A DNA stretch of 64,000 nt from NCBI GenBank assembly GCA_028534125.1, contig CM052818.1, forward strand, positions 48,362,001 to 48,426,000, in the 5' to 3' direction. The notes beneath the pieces are model-generated. The model searched no databases. It was given only the letters and a program-made list of their open reading frames with translations, and was not told the origin of the DNA. This document shows, one piece after another, positions 1-11,200 of this stretch. Position 1 is the first letter of the stretch. Each line of letters opens with the position of its first letter. The position numbers and the translations under genes are program-made. Source of the DNA: Lama glama. Taxonomy: Eukaryota.

Positions 1-935
1 TCAGTTTTGATTTTTCTTGCCCAGCTGGTCAGAACACATTTTCAGCGTGACCCTCACGTGGCAGGAAATCCAGTTTAGCACAGAGCAGCCCACCCTGGTC
101 CCTCACAAAGCTTCCCCCGAGCTGACAGCCCCCGGGGGTCAATTTCATGTCCATACCTATGCAGGGGGCTCAGGACCGCCCGAGGGAGAAGGCGCTTCAC
201 CCCAGGGGAAGCAGAGCAGGGGGGTGAGCTGTGTAAACATCTAGACCCTTTTTAAAAACATATTATTTGCAGAAAATTCACCAAGGTAGTTCTGATCATC
301 TGGCTGATTTCTTTGAGAATTCTTGTGTACTCTCTCTGCTGTTTTCTGTGCTATGTCATTTACTTTTATTATTTTATCCACATTTTATACATTGGAGATC
401 AGATTGTGGCAATAGTAAGGAAATCTATTTATTTGGACCTGGAGGCATGTTCTGAATATACATTCTCCTGTAGATCCTCACCATATAGGCTTTTCCTAGA
501 ACTGGTTTGATTCAATTTCCTGGAAGAAGGCAGAAAGATTCACTGGATTACATTTCTGACTCCTGATCAGACAGAGAGCAGTCGTGGGTGCTTCCGAAGG
601 ATGCAGGCATACAGGGGCTCATTCAATGTCTGTCCTGGGACTGATAGTGCATTCTGCATGTTTTTTAACTGATCGCTGAAATGACATGTTTTTCCTTATT
701 CAAATAGATAAACTTTGACTATCTTAGCCATTTGTTTTTATCTCTAAAATAATAAAGACACACGTTAATGGGGCCTGAGTACACACAGATTTCACTTGAG
801 CGTGAAACCTTCTGTCTCCTGTGACACCTGGAGGAAGAGGCTCCCACCATATTATTTTCCCAGACTTACAAAGGCTCAGAGGTGTCCGGTGGCTTCTCCC
901 AGGCTCTCAATGTCTTTGTACCTCATCAAGAGAAA

Positions 936-1109
936 CTGTGTAGCACAGGGAAATATATGCAAGATCTTATGGTAGCTCACAGAGAAAAAAATGTGACAAT
1001 CAATATATATATATGTTCATGTATAACTGAAAAATTGTGCTCTACACTGGCATTTGACACAAAATTGTAAAATGATTATAAATCAATAAAAAATGTTAAA
1101 AAAAAAAAA
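936..1109 (+). mobile_element. Young LINE-1 3' end, 5'-truncated, camelid/cetartiodactyl type
   Basis: ctgtgtagcacagggaaatat...caagatcttatggtagctcacag...gtataactgaaaaattgtgctctacactgg...aataaa then a poly(A) tail. Imperfect TSD: aagagaaactg (928-938) vs aagagagaagctg (1108-1120). Confidence 0.9.
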
Positions 1110-1823
1110 GAGAGAAGCTGAAATGGGAGAACCAAAGCTGATATCCGTGGGGATATCTGACTCCATGGTTCCAAACCCCGGGACTCCTCCACCAGCCAGA
1201 GGGGCAGGAGAGGACGAGGGATCCACAGCGACTCTCTCGTCAGAGCTGTTTCAGAATCTGCCTTCAGCTCTTTTCTTTCATCTCAGTTGTCAAAGTGTGC
1301 CTCTGACCAGACCCAGCCGCAAGGGAGTCTGGGACCTGTCTTTATCCCCAGTGTCTAGTTGCTCTTGTTCTAGAGGAAAGTTAAAAACACACAGAGAAGA
1401 AGTTACCCCACTCTGGGGAGATCGAAGCAGAGTGAGGACATGAGATTGAGAATTTCTGCCAGCAACACGGGGAGAGAGCAGAGGAGAGATGTCAGGGAGA
1501 CAGAGACGTGGGCACTGGATAAACTCTGATGCAGAACGGGGAGGCAGGTAAGGGGACACCCAGGCTTCTGCTTTGGATCTGTTATTTTTTTCTTCAGTCT
1601 CTTAATAGATATTATTTTGGAAAATGGCAGGAGGAAGAATATATATCCAGAATACGTCTCCAGGTCCAAGTGCGTAAGAGAACCAAGGAAAGGAATTATA
1701 TTTGTATCCGTTAGTTTATCCCGATGCCTCTCTTTGAAAACTTTGCACCATCACCGCTGTGGGTGCCAAGACTCTGCCTTGTATACTTGCCCCATTAGAA
1801 ACGTTGCTTAGTTCTACCCATAA

Positions 1824-1915
1824 CTCACTGGTTCATTCTGGAAATGGTTACCAAGTGCCTGCTTTGTGGCAGGCAGCATATAAGGGTTTAGAACTGAGCA
1901 GTGCACACGAGACAT
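1824..1915 (-). mobile_element. L2 3'-end fragment
   Basis: ttcattc...aagtgcctgctttgtggcaggc...cagtgcacacgagaca resembles the reverse complement of the L2 3' end. Confidence 0.5.
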
Positions 1916-3499
1916 TCAGCACCCACCTTTATCTAGCATCATGCCTTGATCCTCCACCATGGGTTGAGCTGTCTTGTACCAACTTCACTTCACTCTGTCA
2001 CCTCCCCTGACTCCCTGACCAGCATTGTGTCTGACTACCCAGCTGTTAGCACACCACCAGCGGCGGGTCATCCCTGAGAGTAGCAGTAGAACTTACAAGG
2101 ACATTTTGCGATGAGTGACGTTGGGAGGCCCAATCTGAGATCGGTTACACAGCTCTTCACCCTCCCCGCCTCCTGTGCCCCTCCCTTTCCCATGCACCCA
2201 CTGACAAATTCTTTCTCCGGAACTCTTTTCACTCAAGGTGGCAACATTTTGTGTTTGTTCAGGATGCTGAACCTACCTAAGAGGTCCTCAGATTGGAAAA
2301 TCTGCCAGGGAGTTGGCCAATGAATTTACACTAAAGCTACAATGATAACATTGTAGCTTGGTGCCCTCCCCTCACCCTGCAGAACAACTGTGCTTTAGCC
2401 AAAGGAATGAAGCTCTAAGGATGGAGTCACAGGTGTCCTAGAGAGACCAATGGGGAAAACGTCTCATAACAGCACATCTCCACAGGGCTCTGACCCCATT
2501 TATTTTGTACACATTCCCTCTACTTATCAGGACACATGGGCTTATACACTAGGTCTCAGTGCTCTCTCCTAAGTAAGATTCTGGCATTTTCCTCCCAGAC
2601 CTATTCCTGGGACAATATATGAGAAACCCCAATGTGACCTACACTGGCCTGCTGGGGCTGAGGGCCTGGGGAGGGTCCCTTCCTGCGGGGCCCTCCTAGG
2701 GGCCAAGGAGATCAGAAGGGACCCGACAGAAATTAGGTGTGAAGTGTCTCCTACTTGTAATTCCAACTGACCGCACCCCCCTCACACACACAGGCAAACT
2801 CCCAGGGCTCAGATGACACAGCTCACGTCATGCTCTGGGCCACACGGAGTAGACACGGCTGTCCCATCGCGGTCGCCCTGGGCCGCCGCCGTGTCCATCT
2901 GCAGGTGCCGGCGCGCTGGCCGCCTCCCCCCTCAGACACCTCAGGCTCTCAGCTCCTGCAACTGGAGGCTCCCTCGGAGACACGGGAGTTTTCTGCGCAG
3001 CAGGTCTGGGGAGGAGTCATGCCCCACTCACGGGGCAGCAGTCAGTGGGCGTCCAGCGGGACGGCTCCTGAGCACGTTTCACAGTCTCTTAAAGGGACTG
3101 AACCCGGTGCCCCTTCAGTGAGGCGAGCAATTGCCTCTTCTCTACTCTCTGTCTCATAACAACCTGCTCCTGAATCTTTGCCTCAGGGTCTGCTCTGGAG
3201 GGAACGGAAGCAGGCATTTGTCAGTGTTTGGAATCAGGCAGATGAGGACCAGCCTCTTCTGTTATCTCCAAACCTGTGGATTATCGCGAATAGCACGTTA
3301 ATCAACCAACACACCAAACATTTCAGACTGACTACAGTTTCACAGTTACATGCAGAAGAACTCCTTTTCCCATATATTCCAGCATGACTAAAAAACGTTT
3401 AAAGGTGATTTAAAACCTTTTTTTAAATGTTTCATACTTAAATAGCAGGATTTGGAAATTAGACATTCTCTTACTTGACACTGAAGTTCTTGAGCAGTT

Positions 3500-3765
3500 G
3501 CCCAAGTGAATCAATGGGGAAAAGGAGGATTTTATCGACATGAAATTCTGGAACAGGTAGAAAAAATAACCTCTGCTATTACTTCAGCTCTAAACGGGTT
3601 ACGGATCTAAATGTGAACACTTCAGGTATAAGTTCCTGGAAGAAAATGTAAGAGAAATTCTTCGCAATCTTAATGTAGGTGAAGACTTACCTTTGTCAAA
3701 ACTCATCAACCTGTGCATATAAAAATTGTGGATTTTTCTGTAAGTAAATTATACCTTCATAAACT
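3500..3765 (+). mobile_element. Old L1 (L1M-type) ORF2/3'-end fragments
   Basis: caatggggaaaagga, gatctaaatgtgaa, ctggaagaaaatgtaagagaa and tttgtcaaaactcatc...gtaaattatacct are typical L1M motifs. Confidence 0.65.
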
Positions 3766-3899
3766 GTGCTGGAAAAGAGAAAAATGGTACTGTTATGTAG
3801 GGTTTCACAAAAATATTTCCTTATCTCGAAAAGGTTGAGAATGATACCTGTTTTGTGGAAATCTCTAGTAGAGAGATTCAGAAAATTCTACCATTTGGT

Positions 3900-4097
3900 C
3901 ATCTCCTTACGAGGGTCCCTCTGAGCCCTGACCATCCCCCCGGCATCACCCTGAATTGAATCATTGCTTTCCATATCTGTCCCCCCAGAGCTGTCATCTC
4001 ACATACACATTCATTTTTGTATCCTGAGCATCTAGTTCACTGCCTGCTCACAGTAAGTGCTCAATATATGCTGAATGGGTTAATAAGTAAGAATGAG
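3900..4097 (+). mobile_element. L2 3' end
   Basis: cattcatttttgtatcc...tgcctgctcacagtaagtgctcaatatatgctgaatg matches the L2 terminus. Confidence 0.7.
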
Positions 4098-4934
4098 TAC
4101 TCAAAAAACAGAATTGCAGAATCAGGAATAATTTTAAAGACAGGCAAGTCTCTAGTACTTGTGCAAACTCAACTGGATGGAGGAAGACGGATTAAAGAAG
4201 ATTCCACTAATGAAAGAGAGGCCAAGAAAATGGATGGAGAAGGAAATGGGAGCTTCAGTAAATATTAATTTTGAGATTTTGGCTTCCATATCTTCAGGGC
4301 CAAAAATATGTGCTTGGTAGTGTCAGAGGTTAAGAGCTGGGTCATAGAAACTGGCATTTCTTCCCACTGAAATTCTGTGCACTGCTGGTTGAATATAACA
4401 GGAAAAAAAAAGAGAGAGAGAGAGACTAATAGGACATGGAATTACTTCTCTTTGTCACTTGGGCTGAAATGCAAGACTTCTGTGATCGCTCGCTGTTAGT
4501 AAGTCAGGGACGTTTACTGAAGGCCTGCTGCGTGGGGAGCACTCGATTAGCCACTGCAAATTGGCTCATTTACATATTTATCAGAATTGACAGCATCATA
4601 CCCTTTTCTATCAGGAAGACAAATTATTTAATTCACGGCTTCACGGAGCCACGACTGCAAACCCTGACTATGGGAAGGCAGCTTGTATTCAGTAAGTAAA
4701 TATTCTGTGTTGGAACCGAATATGAAAGAACAAGAAAACATTCTGCCTAAACGGCCTTTAACGTGAATTTCCACGAACCGACTGGGGAAAATATAAAATA
4801 CCTAGTTGAGTTTTGGAGTTGTTTGGCGCAGACAAATGCTTTTGATATTTAGAGAATGAACAAGCTTTCTGTAGGTGAGAGGTCATCAAAAGGCTTCACG
4901 GAAGAGGGAGACACTGAACCGGCTTTTGTCATGT

Positions 4935-5120
4935 CCCGACTGTGTGCCAGCCGTCATGTTAGACAATTTATGCACATTAGTTATCTACACATTTAATCTA
5001 ATTATAATTATCTTATAAAATGGGTATCCCATTTTTCCAGGAAGTAAATCTAAGGGTCAGAGCTATCTAAATAATCTGTCATTATTTAGTGAGTAAGGAA
5101 CGGTCACAGGCTTGGTCTAT
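4935..5120 (-). mobile_element. MIR SINE (degenerate)
   Basis: actgtgtgccag...atttaatc...cccatttttccaggaagtaaatctaagggtcagag resembles the antisense MIR core. Confidence 0.55.
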
Positions 5121-5385
5121 TTTTTGCTGGATGACAATTTTCAAAGTGCTGATGAAAAATGGCCATTGGATTGAAACATGGGACCTCATATTTGGGGAGG
5201 CTTGAAGAAAATTTTTTTTTTCATTAGCAAGGAGAGAAACTGTAATAATGGCTGCATTTGAGCAGTTTTGAAAGTAAGATTCCACAGGGACGGAGAAAAA
5301 AAATGGACGGGGTGTTCCGAGCATTAGGAAATTGGAAGTTCTTAATCCAGGGACATGATACACTGACCTGGCCAAGCAGTCACTT

Positions 5386-5398
5386 AGCTGAGTCAGCA
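5386..5398. promoter_or_regulatory. Maf recognition element / AP-1 / ARE-like site
   Basis: AGCTGAGTCAGCA matches the palindromic T-MARE TGCTGA(G/C)TCAGCA at 12/13 and contains TGAGTCA. Function not shown. Confidence 0.3.
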
Positions 5399-6694
5399 CC
5401 AGCGGGCTGCGGCTCTGTACAACCGGGGAGAAATAAAGCTACTTAACCCATCAGCTAAGTGTTTCCCGCTGCAAGTTACACAAGTCTAATTGGAAAAGAT
5501 CGCCAGTGTCATTGGTTTATGGTTCCTCCTAGGGCTTCCTGATAATTGGAGTTTTACTTTCTTTTTCCTGGAAGGAGGGGTTTGATCTTTGATAGGAAGG
5601 ACCCAGAGGACCTTTGACCCCCAGTTTAAGTAACCCCAAATTGGCGACCATTGCTCGCTGGTGGGAGGGTGGCTCAGCTCTCTCGGGTCGGGAGAGCAGG
5701 GGCCAGGCTGCGCAGTGTTCAGCAGGCTGAGCACAGCATCCTGGCCCAGCTGCCATCCTCGAGAAGACTGGGCTGAGGCACCAATATGGAGCCGGAGAGT
5801 GAATCTCCATTAGCCAGATGGAACCTCAAGCTGTTACCAGAACTTGCTGTCTCAGACTTGCACTGTGAAATGATGCGCCGCTAGACAGAGAAAAATGAAC
5901 CATCAGCACAGCCCTCAAGAGTTGGACGGGCCAAGTGGATGCTGACATGACTCCACCCTCCAGAGAACGACAAACTTCCACCGAATGGCTGCGGGGCCAG
6001 AGCTAGTCATCGCGATCACCGCCTGCTCCCCCACCCCCATGTCATCAGAGCAGTGTCTGAGCCGGGTGGCAGGGCGGGTTCCTAGCCCTGATTCCGGGAG
6101 GGCAGCCAGGCAATGGGAAGCGCACATCCCGGATCTGGCATTAGAGGCAGATTGACAGCCGTCGGGGGCAGGAGCGGCTTCTGGAGAAGACGCAGAACCA
6201 GGCACGCCTGAGAGCGAAGGTGGGCAGCGGGCAGAGGGTGCAGGATGTGGCGCCTGGCTCCTGGGAAACACGTGGCCGGCTGGTGACGCCCCTCACCCAG
6301 CGAGGGAACATTCTGCCTGCTTGGAGCCCAGGGAGCTGCTGGAGCGGCTGCTTTCCCACGTGGAGCCCCGCCAGGCGGAGTGGGAGGTCTGTTTGCTCCC
6401 ACCCCCAGCTCCCAGCAAACGGCGCTGCTGGTGTCCGAGTGCCTCTGGGATGAACGCTGCATCTTCAGGTGATGGAGGCTGAGCTGCAGAGCAGCGTCTG
6501 CTCCATGGACCCCCTCCTTCCCTGGAACACTCCCCCTTCCCCCCTTCTCATGAATTTATCCTGGCCTCTCCTCTCTCCCTTTGTTTTTCCAGAATTTTCT
6601 GATCAACTCCCATTCTTCAGCTCTGATCACACACACATTCGTTTTTGCTTTAGCCTTCTGTCCCTCTCTCTCTCTCACACACACACACTCACTC

Positions 6695-6975
6695 AGTTAC
6701 ATTTTTTCCTGAATTATTCCAAGATAAGTTGCAGACAAGATGTTTCTTCTAATACTACAGTGTGAGTTTTCGAAAATCAAGAATTATTTCTCATAAACGT
6801 GGTGCAGTTATCCTTATCATGACATGAATGATCTATTTCCATCATATAATCAACAGAATGACTCAGATCTTGCCGACTGCCGAGCACAGGCCGGTTCTCC
6901 TGAAGCACGTCTCCCAGTTTGGCTGCGTCTAGCGCGTCCTCACCTTCGCTCAGAACACCCCATTTTTGGCAGGAG
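6695..6975 (-). mobile_element. Old L1 (L1MC-like) 3'-UTR fragment next to a (TC)n(CA)n microsatellite
   Basis: ttttttcctgaattattcc...taagttgcagaca...aatactacagtgtgagtttt...catttttggcagga resembles an antisense L1MC 3' end. Confidence 0.55.
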
Positions 6976-9900
6976 CGCAGAAGAGGTGAGCTGAGCTCGT
7001 CTGGTGCAGACTCTTGGGGCCATAAACTGGCAGTCAGCCTTGTCAGTGGCGATGGTGACTTCAGTCTTGACTTCCCTGGACTGTGAGCACCAGACCCAGA
7101 CCCAGGGTGACAGCGGAAAGCTCTCGCTCAAACCTCATGCCCCCAGAGTGGCATTCCTGGCCATCCGGTTGGCTCATTCCCACTGCCCGGGTATTATCTC
7201 TGAGGGCAACATGTCTCAGCTGTCTGTAGCCCTCTGCGTTAGCGGGAATTCTTCATTTACCCGTTACGTGCTGTGGCTGACTGCTGAACCCAGGGTGCCC
7301 AGGGCGAGGCACCCCTCACAGCAGACGCTCAATCCATCATCTGGAGTAAATGCACAGGGTCACCTGCCTGGGGACTGCCACCCAGGCCGACTCTCACCCC
7401 TTCCTCACCACACTCTGCACCCTATTAACACAGGGCTAACAACCTGGGAACAGGACGTGAAACTTCATACCAGCCCTCAGTTGTAAGTTACACTGCTGCT
7501 GCTTGCAGTGATATTTCTCATTTAAGGGCTTGGCAAAGCCATCCTCAAGCTTCAAGTTACAGTGCAAATGTCGCTTCCTCTGTGCAATTATCCCTGACTC
7601 CACAGGGGAGGACTAATTTCCTCGTCTGTAATCCCACAACAGTTTATATATCATTACAGTGTGGCAGGTAGCACCAACACGCCGTGTAGGAGTGGGGTGT
7701 CTTCTGAGTCCTTAAGTTCAAGGGTTCCTGGATGTCCCCACTCCTGGCAGAACATGGTAAGTGGGCACTTCTTTTCACCCCTTTGTGTTTTTTTATATGA
7801 AAGATTTCACCCAGAAATTCAGCCAGAAGCCCACCCCGCGGCCAGGCCACTGCTCCCTTTCAGCATTTGACAGAGCGAAAGGCCATGCACAGTGGGGCCT
7901 CCGGACCACAGGAAGACTTACCTCCAAACAGCACCCTCCCGCCCTCAGACAGACCAGAGATTCCTACCACTGGGAGAGGACAAAAAGTCTCATTTCAAAC
8001 TTAAGAACAGGCCTGAGAATGCTGACACCGTTGAGAAGGATGAGGTCCCCTGCACACCATTCTCGACTGACTCCAGCGTGAAGACGTGGGCTCTGGGGGG
8101 TAACCAGTGAGCTGAGCAGTGTGGCCGCGTCATGCCCCTTAGCCAGTGCTGGCCCCACTCAGCAGACAGAGGAGCTGCCCCCTGTGTCCTCAGTGTCACT
8201 CCCAGGCTGACATTCAGTGACTGTGCACGTCCTCGGCCATGGAGTTCACGAATTCAGACAAGGTGGACATTCTGTTACTGAATTCTCTTCTGAGGTCGTG
8301 CTTGGACACGAGAGTGATGGAAAAAGGATATTCAATGCCTGAAACTGACCAGAGGAAAAAAAACACGGGATGGGGATGTGGCCCTCTGGCCATCTGAGTG
8401 CTCTGCCCAGGAATCTCCAATTCCCCCCTCAGCTGTGAAGCCAACTGCCCTCATGTCCACCACAAAACACCCACTGTTATGCTAGACAGCCCCGGAGACA
8501 GCCAGTGGCCGCCCGCCTCCCCTCCTCTCCCAGCGCAGACAGTTGGGGCTCAGGCTACGTGCTATTTTATGAAGCATAAGTGTATGAATCTTGGAGCGGG
8601 CAGAGGTGTCAATAGAACATTTTTTTAAAAATAAAAGACAAACTATGATGATCACAGAAACAGACAAACACAAGAAACAGCATTCACTTGACTCAAGCAA
8701 ACCCTTACCTGCTACGCAGTGGTTGCAGGCAGTCGGCCCTGTGCCTCTGCCACCCCGAGGAACATCTGTTCTAGAAAAGACCACTTTCTGAGTAGAAACC
8801 CACGGAGCACCCACCTCTTCTGATAGGCTGGGGCCTAGAGTCCATTGTTCGCTTTGAAACAAAAATGCAAAGTTTTGAAAAATGAATTTAAAACAGGCTT
8901 GGACAAGAAGCATCGCCCATGAGAAAACGACGGATGTTGTCAGCTGCAGAGAAGGTCAGGTGAGCGGGCAAACAAGCGCCCAGGGAGGGCAGGCGTCCGC
9001 CAGCCGCCGCGGAAGGGCAGGTGTGAGGCTGTGCCGAGGCAGGGGTGCGCAGGCACGCTCGCCAGGCCGGGAACCGCTGGGCGCCCCCATCGCAGGTCAG
9101 CGACAGACGCACAGGGGGATGTTCTGGTGGCCTTGCGTCCACCGTGATGGCCCTTCACGGTGTACCCGTCTGTGTGCGGGGTTAGGAGAAGGCTAGACAT
9201 GCAGTGATTCGGGACCATGGGGACGGCTGTCCGGGACGAGCGTTCACCCTCAGAGCTCAGCCGCGGGATCAACACACGTGTGTGCTCACAAGCCAGCGCC
9301 ACGCAGAGAAGGACGCCCTCCCTCCTCTGGCTGCAGGCGCCCAGGCGGGTCCACTTGACCTGAGAGCAAGACCCTCTCTGCAACGGCAAGGGCGTGCTCC
9401 TTTATGAGATAATGCTCATGGTAATCAGATGATGCAAAAATTGAATTTTTCCTTGCTTTTCTCTCCCACTTTATTTCTTTGCACCCTGAGCTGACGATTT
9501 AAGACTTTTCACCATTTCCAAGCTCTCTCCCACCCTCTGTCTTTCTAACTCCCCTTCTCTGAGATTGTTCTGGAGGAGTCCCTCCGCCAATGAAAGCTCG
9601 TGTGTGCGAGTCTTGTAGAAAGAGGTGTGTGGACGCCTGCAGCCGGGTTACAATGAATGGCTTTCCTCATTTTGTATAAGATCTATGTTTTTTACAAAAT
9701 ATTTACTTAAAATCACCATTATCGGGTTTTGTTACAGGCAATATGTGAAAATAAAGGACCCAGTTCTCCTTGCTAGGAGGTTAAGGTTTGTCTTGCAAGA
9801 CAGATCCAATGCCAGGCTCACTCTGTGATGCCGCCTTACTCCCAGTGTTAAATATTAAAAACAACCAAAGGGGGGAAGAACAGCAAAGGTTACTGCTGTC

Positions 9901-10009
9901 TTGCGTTATTCTGCCACAAATTTCCAAACCCTTCTTGGTGAAATGATGACAGGTCTCCTCTCAATAATTAACTGTAACATGAGAGCTGGGATTTATCTGA
10001 AACTGGGAA

Positions 10010-10378
10010 AACACCGCAAGAAAAGATATTGGGACAAATGACAACATTTGATTATAGATTGTGAATTAGCTGGTAGTTTTGCAATGTTGCTCAATTTGGT
10101 GATTTGGGTAATTGTGCAGTGATTGCGTAAGAGAACATTCTTGTTCTTAGGAAAAACACCCTGAAGTGTTTAGAGGTAGAGACATATTGTCTTCAACCTA
10201 TGGCCAAATGGTTCATAAAAAAAAAATCCGTAAATATACCCACACAGAGAAGCTGCGAGGGCGGTGGGCAAAGCGTCAGCAATTGCTGAATGTGGGTGAA
10301 GGGGGTCACAGTTCTGAACTGTTCTTGCAGCTCTTCTATAAATTGAAATTCTATGCACAAAATCAAAAAAAATTAAGA
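10010..10378 (+). mobile_element. Old L1 (L1MC/ME-like) 3' end
   Basis: gagaacattcttgttcttaggaaa...ctgaagtgtttagaggta...caaatggttca...gaatgtgggtgaaggg...ttcttgcagctcttctataaattgaaatt, then an A-rich tail. Confidence 0.8.
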
Positions 10379-11029
10379 GTCTTATTACTTATTGACTATT
10401 TTGATCATTACTATTTTTCATTTATTCCTGGATTTCTTTTCTAATCATCATTTGTAAATTGAATAGAATTTAATTAAAATTGTAAAGATGATGTTTTTGT
10501 AGGACTTTTTTTAACCTTTCAAAGTTTGTATTTAAAAATAATATTCTCTCTAGAAGCAACCCTGCTTTGTAGGAGTTTCAATTAAAAAATTAGAATATAG
10601 AGGAAAAACAGCATAAAATTTTATTCAAGAGTAGGCTTTGATTTTGGTCTTTTGCCTCCATCCCACTCTCTTGCTATTGGATTGAAAACACATGACTTCG
10701 GTGTCTAGGCGGTGGTTTAGAGTCACAAAGGAAAAACAGAACCTCTAACCTCTTGTGTCTTGACGATTCAGATGCTTCCCTATGTTAAGTGGTCCATAAA
10801 CCCACTCACAATTGAATAAACCTTTCATGGGCCTCCCCTTGTGAAAAATAAATATCTTGTTCTGATTATTACAACCTCCAATGAAATTGTACATTCCAGG
10901 TTCAAAATATGTTTATTGAACAGGAAAGCAGCCGCATGTAATAGTTTTCCCCTTGTAAGAACTCCTGGGATCAGGGTTTGCTATCCTTGAAAGGACGACA
11001 CTCAAAAAGCAAAATTAGTCTAATTTTTT

Positions 11030-11200
11030 TTAATTGGCCGTCGGTGTTTCGGGGCGGGGCGAGGTCCTGCAAGGGGAGAAGTTGCGGAAGCTCGAAGTGG
11101 GGGTGGTTTTTCGTCGAGGCAGATTCGTTCGGCTTGTTGGCTGCACCCATCTGCTCCCAGGAATCCGCTTGGTTGCCTCCTAGCTTCCTAATGGTGTGTT
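11030..11200. promoter_or_regulatory. Promoter-like motif cluster (CCAAT box, GC box, ETS) in a small CpG-rich patch
   Basis: ATTGG at 11033-11037, perfect Sp/KLF box GGGGCGGGGC at 11051-11060, CGGAAG at 11085-11090, with local CpG enrichment. Confidence 0.35.
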
